Part shown: positions 50,856-60,537 of the stretch, in pieces
How positions within the stretch are numbered: position 1 is the first letter of the stretch
Layout: every line of letters begins with the position of its first letter
DNA from: Bacilli bacterium
GTDB lineage: Bacteria > Bacillota_I > Bacilli_A > ML615J-28 > CAG-313
Direction: 5' to 3'
Assembly: GCA_045536365.1 (NCBI GenBank)
Contig: JAZSNL010000014.1
Span: 19,473-83,472 of the forward strand
DNA: 64,000 bases
Position numbers and translations under genes: made by a program
The notes under the pieces: generated by a model
What the model was told of the DNA's origin: nothing
Database searches by the model: none
Seen by the model: only the letters and a program-made list of their open reading frames with translations

Positions 50856-50884
50856 TTGAAATCGTAAATTAATTTTGTTATAAT
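50856..50884 (+). promoter_or_regulatory. consensus sigma-A promoter upstream of the HTH gene and ispG
   Basis: TTGAAA, a 17-nt spacer, then TATAAT. Confidence 0.55.
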
Positions 50885-50914
50885 TAGGTGAATATAAAAG
50901 AATGGAGTTTTATT

Positions 50915-51475
50915 ATGGCAGATACTACTAATCAAGTTGTCTCTCCTGAGACACCAGCTGTTGAAGAACCCAAGAAAAAAATAAAATTATCAAAAATCGA
51001 AAGAAAGAAACTGCGTGTTATTAACAAACTAATCGCTGGTGAAATCAACGGTACTCAAGCAGCTAAAAAACTAGGAATAACAACAAGACAAGTTCGTAAC
51101 TTAAAACGTCAAGTTTTAAATGAAGGAACTGAAGGTGTTATTCATAAAAACAAACAATACAAACCTTACAACACATACGATGAAGAAATCTCAACATTCA
51201 TCTGTAAACTATATCGTCGTGAATATAGAGGAACAAACTTCTCTAAATTCGCAAGAATAGTTCAAGAAGAATACGGAATTGAAGCTTCTCGTAGTACAAT
51301 CTACAACTTCTTACGTCGTGGACACATTCGTTCACCACAAAGAAAGAAGAAAAAGAAAAAGATCGTACAAGTAGTTGACGCAAACGGCAATCCAGTTGAA
51401 CAACCAAAGCCAAAAAAGACAACTACTAAAAAAACAACAAAAACTAAAAAAACAACTAAGACTCCTGCAGAATAA
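50915..51475 (+). CDS. HTH-domain protein resembling the N-terminal (non-catalytic) region of IS481/ISNCY-type transposases, with lysine-rich C-terminal tail; no DDE domain
   Basis: RBS ggag 7 nt before the ATG at 50915 (the listed ORF starts earlier). LSKIERKKLRVINKLIAGEINGTQAAKKLGITTRQVRNLKRQVLNEGTEGVIHKNK and ...FSKFARIVQEEYGIEASRSTIYNFLRRG follow the pattern of transposase N-terminal HTH plus helper regions. The ORF then terminates in KKKKKK...KKTTTKKTTKTKKTTKTPAE. Confidence 0.5.
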   Translation: MADTTNQVVSPETPAVEEPKKKIKLSKIERKKLRVINKLIAGEINGTQAAKKLGITTRQVRNLKRQVLNEGTEGVIHKNKQYKPYNTYDEEISTFICKLYRREYRGTNFSKFARIVQEEYGIEASRSTIYNFLRRGHIRSPQRKKKKKKIVQVVDANGNPVEQPKPKKTTTKKTTKTKKTTKTPAE

Positions 51476-51502
51476 TGCGGAGTTTTATTTTAAGGAAAAT
51501 CT

Positions 51503-52543
51503 ATGAAAAAAGAAATCAAAATTGGAAATATTACAATAGGAGGAAACAATCCTATTATAATTCAATCAATGACTAACATTAAAACATCAAATATCAAAGA
51601 CGTAGTTAATCAAATAAACGCTCTTTCTTCAAAAGGTGCTAAAATTGTCCGCCTTGCAGTAGCAGATGAAAATGATGCTTTATCAATAAAAGAAATTAAA
51701 AAACAAGTATCTGTTCCTCTAGTAGCAGATATCCACTTTGATTATAAACTTGCTCTTCTCTCAATCGAAAACGGAGCAGACAAAATTAGAATCAATCCTG
51801 GAAATATCAAAAAAGAAAACCTTATTCATATTATTAATAAAGCAAAAGAATATAACATTCCTATAAGAATAGGTGTAAACAGCGGTTCACTAGAAAAAGA
51901 GCTATACGATAAACATGGAGTCACAACCACTTCTTTATACGAATCATTAATTAATCATATTAAATTCTTTGAAGACAATGACTTTACTAACCTAGTTCTT
52001 TCAGTCAAATCAACAGATATTCAAACTAACTATGAAGTAAATAAACTTATCTATGAAAACACAAACTATCCTATTCATATAGGATTAACAGAATCTGGTT
52101 CAGTAAAAGCCGGAATTATTCGATCAAGCTATGCCTTAGGAACCTTAATTAAAGAAGGAATAGGTAATACTATTCGTGTTTCTTTAACAGGTGATCCAAT
52201 AAATGAAATCGGTGTTGCAAAAGAAATTCTTTCAATGTTTAACAAATACGATAAACCTACTCTAATTTGTTGTCCTACTTGTGGTAGAACACAATACGAT
52301 ATGGAACCGATTGTAAACGAAATCGAAGAATTTTTAAGCACTATTAACACACCTTTAAAAGTTGCAATAATGGGTTGTGCAGTCAATGGTCCTGGTGAAG
52401 CAAGAGATGCTGATATTGGTATTGCAGGCGGAGTTAATGAAGCATTATTATTTAAAAAAGGAACTCCAATTAAAAAAGTTCCTCAAGATCAAATTATTAA
52501 TGTTTTAAAACAAGAAATTATAGAAATAATAAAAAGCAGATAA
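51503..52543 (+). CDS. ispG: 4-hydroxy-3-methylbut-2-en-1-yl diphosphate synthase (flavodoxin-type)
   Basis: 346 aa. IKIGNITIGGNNPIIIQSMTN N-terminus and C-terminal Cys ligands CPTCGRT...GCAVNGPGE of GcpE. Confidence 0.9.
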   Translation: MKKEIKIGNITIGGNNPIIIQSMTNIKTSNIKDVVNQINALSSKGAKIVRLAVADENDALSIKEIKKQVSVPLVADIHFDYKLALLSIENGADKIRINPGNIKKENLIHIINKAKEYNIPIRIGVNSGSLEKELYDKHGVTTTSLYESLINHIKFFEDNDFTNLVLSVKSTDIQTNYEVNKLIYENTNYPIHIGLTESGSVKAGIIRSSYALGTLIKEGIGNTIRVSLTGDPINEIGVAKEILSMFNKYDKPTLICCPTCGRTQYDMEPIVNEIEEFLSTINTPLKVAIMGCAVNGPGEARDADIGIAGGVNEALLFKKGTPIKKVPQDQIINVLKQEIIEIIKSR

Positions 52544-52559
52544 AATCTGCTTTTTTTAT
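52531..52559. terminator. bidirectional terminator between ispG (+) and the TIR gene (-)
   Basis: aaaaagcagat-aaaa-tctgcttttt hairpin plus T-run. The TIR gene's stop codon lies within it. Confidence 0.65.
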
Positions 52560-53584
52560 TTTAAGATAGTTTTTTCATCAACAACTTCAAGTAATTCTTT
52601 TTCCATTCTTTCAATATCAAAATTACTATTTAAATAATCAATATATTGATATTTAGATAATTCTTTATAAAAATCAGTTAAAAACTCTGTTTTATCTAAT
52701 CTTACAGCAACCATTTTTTTCTTCAACTTCTTAGCTGTTTTTAATTCCGTATAAACATAAGAATCAACTTTCATTGAATTTTTAGAAGTAAAAACTAATA
52801 ACATTGCACTTTGTTTTATTTTGCTACCTAAAACTTTTTCCCAATCGGCTCCTTTTTTAATATCATCATCGTACCAAACGCGACATTTCAATTGTTGTAA
52901 CATTGACAATATTATTTTAACTCTTTTAAAATCTTTATGATTATAACTGATAAAAACAAAAGGATCATTACCGTCATAAGGTAAATCAACATATTTTAAA
53001 TTATTCATCTTCTTTTCTTTTTGTTTACCTTTTTTAATAATATAATCAAATTGTTTAAATAAAGATTTTTTATTTAATACACTATCCTCTCCAGCATATA
53101 CTACTAATTCATCAAACGATGAGCGATAATCAATATATAATTTTTTTATTTCTTTCGCCATTTCTAATCTTTCTTTTTTATCATCTTCTGATAAATCAGT
53201 TCTTGCGAAAGTCATTTCTTCTAATATTACAGCATCAACATATGCACATATTACAGTTACATAATTAGAATACATTTGTTTTAATGTTCTAATTAATTCA
53301 ATATTATGAGCAGATAACGTTAATAAAATATCTTTTTTACCCTTTATTCCATCCTCAAATTGACTTAAATTAAAACCTATATATCTTTTTCGATTAAAAT
53401 ATTTAAAATCACATCTATCTACTTCTTCATAAGAAACGTGATTTTTCTTCTTATCAACAATTTTTCTATCCAATTCAGGATCATATATCAACTTATTAAC
53501 ATATTCAAACTTATGTTTTGTTTTTAAATATTCAATACATTCATTACCAAATTCACCCATAGTTCCAAATAAAATAACTAACAT
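52556..53584 (-). CDS. TIR-domain protein: unknown ~200-aa N-terminal domain + C-terminal TIR domain
   Basis: 342 aa. C-terminal PFVFISYNHKDFKRVKIILSMLQQLKCRVWYDDDIKKGADWEKVLGSKIKQSAMLLVFTSKNSMKVDSYVYTELK is the bacterial TIR pattern (FISY..D, W.D...G..W, candidate catalytic Glu in YTEL). N-terminal LVILFGTMGEFGNE resembles a degenerate P-loop with no Lys. RBS aggagg 5 nt before the ATG. Confidence 0.65.
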   Translation of the reverse strand: MLVILFGTMGEFGNECIEYLKTKHKFEYVNKLIYDPELDRKIVDKKKNHVSYEEVDRCDFKYFNRKRYIGFNLSQFEDGIKGKKDILLTLSAHNIELIRTLKQMYSNYVTVICAYVDAVILEEMTFARTDLSEDDKKERLEMAKEIKKLYIDYRSSFDELVVYAGEDSVLNKKSLFKQFDYIIKKGKQKEKKMNNLKYVDLPYDGNDPFVFISYNHKDFKRVKIILSMLQQLKCRVWYDDDIKKGADWEKVLGSKIKQSAMLLVFTSKNSMKVDSYVYTELKTAKKLKKKMVAVRLDKTEFLTDFYKELSKYQYIDYLNSNFDIERMEKELLEVVDEKTILK

Positions 53585-53605
53585 AAAATCCTCCTATATA
53601 TTATC

Positions 53606-53634
53606 ATTATACATTTTTTAACATCTTTAGTCAA
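53606..53634 (-). promoter_or_regulatory. consensus sigma-A promoter for the TIR gene
   Basis: On the minus strand: TTGACT, a 17-nt spacer, then TATAAT, followed by aggagg and the ATG. Confidence 0.55.
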
Positions 53635-53642
53635 TCTCAAAA

Positions 53643-53686
53643 CAATAAAAAAGAGAATTTAAACGATTACTCGTTAAATTCTCTTT
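53643..53686. terminator. intrinsic terminator after the giant lipoprotein gene (minus strand)
   Basis: agagaatttaaacg-attact-cgtttaaattctct hairpin, with tttttt on the minus strand. Confidence 0.6.
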
Positions 53687-53695
53687 ATTTTTATA

Positions 53696-56600
53696 TTATT
53701 CTAATGTAGCTTTATAAGCAGCGTATGCAGCATCTAACGCATCTTTACTTGCAAGAACACCATAATCAGATGTTGCTGTAGTTTGAGCAGCAGCATAATA
53801 GTTATTAGTATAAGTTATTGTACCTGAGCCTTTTGTAGTTAATTTAAATGCAGTCTGACTATCTAAATAGTTATACATAATATTTTGTTTAGATCCTGTT
53901 TGACAATCAACAAAGTTAAATATATTACCTCCAAGATTATATAATTCATTACCAATAAATGTAACAGATGAATTAGCAGTTTGATTAGGGAAATAGAATC
54001 CTGAACCAATTCCTGTTCCTCCATTGAATACATTATCTTGAACAGTAATAGTAACATCTTGTGTCATTAAAGGTCTAATGTATAAAGTATAATTGGCTGT
54101 TGCCCATAAACATTCATTATTATTGAAAACGAATGTTCCGCGTACATCGTTACATCTTGCTACTTCACTATTTGAATGAGATGTACCACCATTGCTGAAT
54201 TTATTATTTTGTATATCAGCATTAGTAAGTGTACCATAAATTGCCATTGCGTTTCTTCCAGCGGCACCAGTACATGTTATATTGTTACCGATAAATACAA
54301 AACCGTTGATTGCAACATCACTTGCAATGATTCCTGTTCTACCACCAGTAGTTGACTTACCTGTACCTGTAATAATATTATTTTTAACTGTTAAATTACT
54401 AGTTGCAGTTGCTACGTAAATAGCAGATCCAGTACCTGTTATTGATACACCATTCAAAGTAAATCCAGTCGCACTTACTGAAACAAGACCTTTAATAATT
54501 GCTTCAGAACTTCTTGTTTCATTATAAGCAACACCGTAGTTAGGACCTACTAATTTAATGTTTGCAACAGAAATAGTTAATGCTTCTGAATATGTTCCAG
54601 CAAATACATAAATTACATCATTTTCTTGTGCAGCTTCTAAAGCAGCAGTAATAGATGTAAAGATTTGAGTTCCATATGAATACTTAGTTCCATTAATTCT
54701 ATAATTAGAAACTTCGAATCCAGCATTTACAAATAATGTAGGAGCAGCTTCAGTAATTGTTGCAGCTTCTTCATCTGTTAATTCTAATTCAATAACTTCA
54801 TCTTCAGCCCATTTAGCATATAATTGATATGCTTTTTGAGAGCCTGCTTCGATTTCAGTTAATGGAGAACCTGTAAATTCAGCATTGTCATACCAACCAC
54901 CAAAGATATAACCTTCTAAACTTGGAGTAGGTAAAGCAGTTCCATCTGCTTTTAAATATTTTTCAGCGTAATTGCTACGATCAAATGCTTCTTGAGAATA
55001 TACAGTACCAGTAATAGTACAACTTGAAGATGTTTCAGCAGGAATACCAGCAAGAGTTACATATGAACCAATATAAGTTGCTTTATTATTATAAATATTT
55101 GCTAAGCTTTCATTTTCAGCAGCTGCAGGATCATACCATGTAATTGCATAATTATAAGGTTTAGTAATATTTGCATTTCCACTTACGATTTCAGAAATTA
55201 CATATAAATCTTCAATTTGAGTTTCTTGTAATAAAATATAGTACCAGTATTTAGGAGTTGCAGTTGTTAACATACCATTTCCAGCACCTCCACTATTATA
55301 TGTTAAATATCTTGTAACTGTAAATGTAGTTTGAACTTTTTCTGAGTCGTATACCCATTCAGTACCCATGTTATATGATATTTCATAAGCATTTTCAACC
55401 CAATTAGCATATAATGTTACATTTCCAGCAGAACCGCTTTCAATCTTGGTAATAGCTTCACCTGCGAATTCAGCATTATCATACCAACCAAGGAATGTAT
55501 GATTTTCTTTTGTTGGAGTTAATAAAGTGATATCAGCAGAATTAACGTTATATTTTGCAGGAGCAAATAATGCAGTACATCCAGCTTTAATCGCAGAATC
55601 AGAGTAATCAGCAGTAACAAAGTTAGCATTTTGAGTATATTTAGCTTGTCCTACCCAACCTCTTAATTCATAAGCAATTTCATAGATATAGTTACCATTT
55701 GCTGCATGTAATTCAGCTTGAGAATTATATTTATTGAAGTTAGAATAAGCAGGTTTGTTAGCACTGCTAGCAACTGTAGCAATATATTGAACTAACCAAT
55801 TCCATTTAGCTCTATAAGTAGCATTGTATAAGAATAATGAAGCATCACTTATTTCATCCCATGAACCTAATGCATAGAATGTTTCAACTGTATGAGTTTT
55901 ACCTCTTGCAGCGTTATAATCAGCTAAGAAATCTGCAACTGCAGCTTCATATGATTCGTATTGAATTAATGAACCACCATCTAATTCATAAGAAATAGTA
56001 TAAGTTGCTAATTCCCAAACTGCTGTTAATTCAATAACACCAACTACAGGAGTTTCAAAATCATAATCAACACCATTTAATTGCCATTTAACAAATGTAT
56101 ATCCTTTTAATTCAGGATCAACTGGTTTTTCTGCTTTTGAACCATGGTTAACATTTTGAGTTTCAACATCAGAACCACCATTTGAATTAAATGTTACAGC
56201 ATAAGTAATAGCCTCAAATCCAGCATATAATTTTAAATCACCAGTAGCAGTTGTAGGGATTTCAGTTAATGCATCACCAGTTAAGTCTGCATTTAAGAAC
56301 CAACCTAAGAAAGTATAACCATCTTTTGTTGCGTTAGGTAATGCAGTTGCAACACCTTCAATATATTCAGTAGGTAATCCTTCTGCAGTACCACCATTTA
56401 ATTCATAAGAAAGATTTGAAGAGATAGCGTTAGCCATCCAACCAGCATATAACACTATATCGTTATTATCATCTTTTGTTATTTCAGTAATAGGAGCACC
56501 TGTGCATTCAGCATTATCAAACCAACCAGTAAATGTATAATCAGTTCTAGTAGGAGTAGGTAATACTAATCCAAATCCAACTTTATAGAATGTAGGAGCA

Positions 56601-59600
56601 TCTACTAATGTACCTTCGTTTAAATTTAATGTTAATGATTTAGAAGGAGCCATGAAATAAGCATATTCATATTTTCTTGTTTCTTCATCAGCTAAAGCAC
56701 TACCTGCAGTAACACCAGCACCAGTAACAGTAGCAGGAACAGAATTTAATACTTGTCCTTCAGAATCTAAGTATAAGTTCTTATCAAATTGAACTGGTTT
56801 ACCACCGTTAATATGAACATACTTAGTAACATTTTCGAATACATTGAATCTTACATCAACTAATGTAGCAGATACACCAGATTCAAATAGACCATCAATA
56901 TTTTGAGTATCACCAGTGAAATGATTATCATAAACTAATGCAGAACCAATTCTAATTCTTAATAATGCAGCTGCAGAGTTAGATACACCACCACATGTTG
57001 AAGCATCAACATTATTAGAAATAAAGTTAACTTTTTCTAATCCAGCAGTTACCCATACAAAGAATTGACCGATATTATCAATATCACAATTTTGAACTGT
57101 TAATACAACTGGGTTAGTAGTAGAAATAGTTCCTTTATAGAATGTATTCATTCTAGTAATATGACAATTATTAAATGTTAAATTATAGGCTTTACTACTA
57201 GGTTGGAAATAAACACCTGCAGATGTTGCAGCAGCAGAACCTCTAAGAGTAACTGATTCAAATCTAATATCACTTGCAGCAACATTACTAGATACATTAG
57301 CAGTAACTGTAATTTCAACACCTTCAACACTTTGACCTACAAATGTTAATGACTTATTAATAACAGAGCCTAATGTATATTTACCATCTAAGATATTAAT
57401 AACAGAATCATTTTTTGCAGATGAAATAGCATCATTTAAGTTATTAAATAAGTTAACACCATAGAAATAATGATTTTCATTATATAGAACACATGCATTT
57501 TCAACAGCATCAGCTGCTACTACTATATTAGTAACATCAGCTGCCACTACTGTAAATTCAATAGTTCCTTTAATTAAAGGATCAATCATTGAAGAAACAG
57601 TAATTATAACATTACCTTCAGCAATAAATTTAACAATACCATTTTCAACAGTTGCAATTTCTTCATTAGCAGAAGCATAAGAAACTAAAGTTTGATATCC
57701 TTCAGGTCCTTCAAATGCTAATTGTAATGCTAAACTAGCACCTAACATAACTTTATTTGTAGTTGCAGAAACTGTAATTGATGTTGGAGCAACTGGTTCA
57801 ACAATAATTAATAATGCTTTCTTAGCAGCATCTAATGCTTCTTCAACACCTTCAACAGAAGTTGCAGCTGCGATTAAGCCTTTTTGAACTTCTAATTCAG
57901 CAGCAAATTCATCATAATTTTCTTCATATTTAGAAGCTTTAACGATTTCATCAGTTAAAATATATTCAGCTAATGCTTCTTGAGCAAGATTCTTAGCATT
58001 ATCAACAACATGAATCCATTTAGCATGTAATTCAAGATTACCTGTAGAACCTTTTTCAATCTTAGCGATTGCATTACCGTTAAATTCTGCATTATCAAAC
58101 CAACCTAAGAAAATGTGATCAGCTTTAATAGGTTGTATTAATTCAATATCTTCAGACTCAACAGTATATTTAGAATCAGCTAAGCAAGCCATAAATTTAG
58201 TTTTTACTTCTTCAGTTGAGTAATCGGCTGTATGATAGTTAGCATTCTCAGTATATTTAATTTGTCCTACCCAACCTCTTAATTCATAAGCTATACTGTA
58301 AATATAGTTACTATTAACAGCATTAAATTCAGCTTGACTATCATGATCATTAAATGCTTCCCAAGCTTTCTTATTAGCAGAACCAGCAACACTTGCAATA
58401 TAATCTACTAACCAAGTCCATTTAGCACGATAATTAGCATTATATAAGAATAATGATGCAGCGCCAATTTCACCCCAAGAGCCTAAAGAAGAGAAAGATT
58501 CAACAGTATGAGAAGTTCCTCTTGCAGCATTATAATCTTTTAAGAAATCAGCAACAGCTTCTTCGTATGACGCATAATTTCTTAAAATACCTTCATTAGT
58601 ATTATAAGAAATACTATATTCAACAATTTTCCAAGTTGCAACAACTTCTACATCTTCTGCAGGCATTGTAGCAGGAACTTCAGGCATCCAACCAGTAAAT
58701 GTATAACCAGCTTTTTCAGGTGCAGCAACAGCGGCAATTTCTTCTAAGTAGTCATATTCAACTTCTTGTTTAACACCATCAACATTAATTGTTAATGTAT
58801 ATTGATTAATTGTCCACTCAGCAACAACTTCTACATCTTCTGCAGGCATTGTAGCAGGAACAGCAGGTGTCCAACCAGCGAAAGTGTAACCAACTTTTTC
58901 AGGTGCAGCTGGAGCAGCAACTTCAGCTTGATAGTTATATTTAACAGTTTGTTTAACACCATCAACATTAATTGTTAATGTATATTGGTTAATTGTCCAT
59001 AAAGCAACAACTTCAATATCAGTAGCAGGCATTGTTGTAGGAATAGCAGCAGACCAAGAAGAGAATGTATAACCAACTTTTTCAGGTGCAGCTGGAGCAG
59101 CAACTTCTTCTTGATATTTATATTCAACAACTTCTTTAACACCATCAACATCAACTGTTAATGTATAAGAATTTCTTGAATAATATACTCTTAATACAAG
59201 AGATCCATCAGCTAAGATAGTAGCTGATTCTAAAGCATCTTTATGTTCAGCATTATGTTCAAAACCAGTAACTGTTCTAACAACAGCTTCTGCTTCAGAA
59301 CCAGTTTCACCAAATAATGATTCAACTTTTGCATCTTTCACATAAGAGCCATCTAATGCTTCAAAGTAATGTTCAACTTTATAAGCAGTATTTGTATTAG
59401 ATGTCCATGTTGCAACTAATTCTAAATCCTTAGCAGGCATAGATAATTCAGCAAATGCTTCGCCTTCTAGTGTCCAGCCTAAGAATGTATAACCAGTTTT
59501 AGCAGCAACACCTAAATTTAATGCTTGGCCGTATTTATAAGTTTGAGCTTCTTTTTCTTCTCCACCAGCAGCATCAAATGTTACTTTGTAAGAATTTCTA

Positions 59601-60451
59601 GAATAATAAACTTTTAATACAAGTGATCCATCAGCAGCAATTTGAGCTTCTTCTAAAGATTCAGGATGTTTTTCATTATGAGTAAATCCTTCTTTTACTA
59701 ATGCTTCAGCTTCTACTAATTCTTCAGTAGTACCAGCTAATTTTTCACTTGATTCTAATTTATATGTTCCATCTAAAGCTTCAAAGTAATGTTCAACTGC
59801 ATATGCAGTATCATCATTAGCTTCCCATTTTGCATATAATTCGATTGCTTCTTCTGTTAAAACAGTATTCCAATCAAATAAACTAGTTAAAGTTTTATCA
59901 TACCAACCAAGGAATGTATAACCAACTCTTGTAGGATCAGCTGGTTGTTTACCTTGTAATGTTTGACCTACTTCAACTTCAACGATAGGTTCAACTGCAG
60001 TTCCACCATTTGAAATGAAACTTACTGTTCCACCAAATTGTTTATATGCAACTTGTACATATACTTTACCTTCGTTATCACAGATAGCTTCAGTAATATT
60101 TAATAAATTATTAACTTCAGCCTCTGGATCTAGATCGATAGGTTCTTTTTCATCATTTAATAATACCCAATAAACTTCGTAAGAAGATGGAATTTCATAA
60201 CCATCAGCTTTTAATTGATCACGAATTTGAGGTATTTGAGAAACTAAAAGAGTTTCTCCTTTTACAACTTCGATTTCTTTAGTTGATACAACAGTACCTG
60301 CTGCATCATTAAAGATGAAGACTACTTTATAAGTATCTAGTTTTGAACTATCAACAGGTCCATGATCTAAAGAACATGATCCAAGTGTTAATGCGATAGC
60401 AGCAAAAACAAGAATAAATAAAGCTTTAATACGAGACTTTACATTTTTCAT
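53696..60451 (-). CDS. giant cell-surface lipoprotein (2251 aa) with Listeria-Bacteroides repeats, parallel beta-helix (pectate-lyase-like) regions, Big_2 domain and internal duplicated modules
   Basis: Lipobox LTLGSCS. At least 10 GYTF.GW...A.W motifs (PF09479-type). Two regions dense in NN..TGTG / GxNxxC beta-helix repeats. Big_2-like segment ITVSATTNKVMLGASLALQ...IITVSS. Three tandem 59-aa repeats and two ~130-aa duplicated modules. Confidence 0.8.
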   Translation of the reverse strand: MKNVKSRIKALFILVFAAIALTLGSCSLDHGPVDSSKLDTYKVVFIFNDAAGTVVSTKEIEVVKGETLLVSQIPQIRDQLKADGYEIPSSYEVYWVLLNDEKEPIDLDPEAEVNNLLNITEAICDNEGKVYVQVAYKQFGGTVSFISNGGTAVEPIVEVEVGQTLQGKQPADPTRVGYTFLGWYDKTLTSLFDWNTVLTEEAIELYAKWEANDDTAYAVEHYFEALDGTYKLESSEKLAGTTEELVEAEALVKEGFTHNEKHPESLEEAQIAADGSLVLKVYYSRNSYKVTFDAAGGEEKEAQTYKYGQALNLGVAAKTGYTFLGWTLEGEAFAELSMPAKDLELVATWTSNTNTAYKVEHYFEALDGSYVKDAKVESLFGETGSEAEAVVRTVTGFEHNAEHKDALESATILADGSLVLRVYYSRNSYTLTVDVDGVKEVVEYKYQEEVAAPAAPEKVGYTFSSWSAAIPTTMPATDIEVVALWTINQYTLTINVDGVKQTVKYNYQAEVAAPAAPEKVGYTFAGWTPAVPATMPAEDVEVVAEWTINQYTLTINVDGVKQEVEYDYLEEIAAVAAPEKAGYTFTGWMPEVPATMPAEDVEVVATWKIVEYSISYNTNEGILRNYASYEEAVADFLKDYNAARGTSHTVESFSSLGSWGEIGAASLFLYNANYRAKWTWLVDYIASVAGSANKKAWEAFNDHDSQAEFNAVNSNYIYSIAYELRGWVGQIKYTENANYHTADYSTEEVKTKFMACLADSKYTVESEDIELIQPIKADHIFLGWFDNAEFNGNAIAKIEKGSTGNLELHAKWIHVVDNAKNLAQEALAEYILTDEIVKASKYEENYDEFAAELEVQKGLIAAATSVEGVEEALDAAKKALLIIVEPVAPTSITVSATTNKVMLGASLALQLAFEGPEGYQTLVSYASANEEIATVENGIVKFIAEGNVIITVSSMIDPLIKGTIEFTVVAADVTNIVVAADAVENACVLYNENHYFYGVNLFNNLNDAISSAKNDSVINILDGKYTLGSVINKSLTFVGQSVEGVEITVTANVSSNVAASDIRFESVTLRGSAAATSAGVYFQPSSKAYNLTFNNCHITRMNTFYKGTISTTNPVVLTVQNCDIDNIGQFFVWVTAGLEKVNFISNNVDASTCGGVSNSAAALLRIRIGSALVYDNHFTGDTQNIDGLFESGVSATLVDVRFNVFENVTKYVHINGGKPVQFDKNLYLDSEGQVLNSVPATVTGAGVTAGSALADEETRKYEYAYFMAPSKSLTLNLNEGTLVDAPTFYKVGFGLVLPTPTRTDYTFTGWFDNAECTGAPITEITKDDNNDIVLYAGWMANAISSNLSYELNGGTAEGLPTEYIEGVATALPNATKDGYTFLGWFLNADLTGDALTEIPTTATGDLKLYAGFEAITYAVTFNSNGGSDVETQNVNHGSKAEKPVDPELKGYTFVKWQLNGVDYDFETPVVGVIELTAVWELATYTISYELDGGSLIQYESYEAAVADFLADYNAARGKTHTVETFYALGSWDEISDASLFLYNATYRAKWNWLVQYIATVASSANKPAYSNFNKYNSQAELHAANGNYIYEIAYELRGWVGQAKYTQNANFVTADYSDSAIKAGCTALFAPAKYNVNSADITLLTPTKENHTFLGWYDNAEFAGEAITKIESGSAGNVTLYANWVENAYEISYNMGTEWVYDSEKVQTTFTVTRYLTYNSGGAGNGMLTTATPKYWYYILLQETQIEDLYVISEIVSGNANITKPYNYAITWYDPAAAENESLANIYNNKATYIGSYVTLAGIPAETSSSCTITGTVYSQEAFDRSNYAEKYLKADGTALPTPSLEGYIFGGWYDNAEFTGSPLTEIEAGSQKAYQLYAKWAEDEVIELELTDEEAATITEAAPTLFVNAGFEVSNYRINGTKYSYGTQIFTSITAALEAAQENDVIYVFAGTYSEALTISVANIKLVGPNYGVAYNETRSSEAIIKGLVSVSATGFTLNGVSITGTGSAIYVATATSNLTVKNNIITGTGKSTTGGRTGIIASDVAINGFVFIGNNITCTGAAGRNAMAIYGTLTNADIQNNKFSNGGTSHSNSEVARCNDVRGTFVFNNNECLWATANYTLYIRPLMTQDVTITVQDNVFNGGTGIGSGFYFPNQTANSSVTFIGNELYNLGGNIFNFVDCQTGSKQNIMYNYLDSQTAFKLTTKGSGTITYTNNYYAAAQTTATSDYGVLASKDALDAAYAAYKATLE
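58640..59170. repeat. three tandem 177-nt repeats inside the giant lipoprotein gene
   Basis: Encode YTLT(I/V)(N/D)VDGVK...GYTF.GW...EDVEVVA.W (59 aa) x3. Near-identical DNA copies are visible at 58.75-59.15 kb. Confidence 0.75.
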
Positions 60452-60499
60452 CCTTTTTTCCTCCTGTAAATGTAATCTTTTTCAATACTTTTACAACTT

Positions 60500-60537
60500 A
60501 TTATACCAAAATTTAAAAATACGTGCAAGCGTTTTCA
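60500..60537 (-). promoter_or_regulatory. candidate extended -10 promoter for the giant lipoprotein gene
   Basis: On the minus strand: TTGCAC, a 17-nt spacer, then tgGTATAAT, about 45 nt upstream of the ATG. RBS ggagga. Confidence 0.35.

Noticed and set aside
58640-59170. The 177-nt tandem DNA repeats as an independent repeat element or CRISPR-like array
   Set aside because: They are in-frame protein repeats (59-aa units) within the giant lipoprotein gene.
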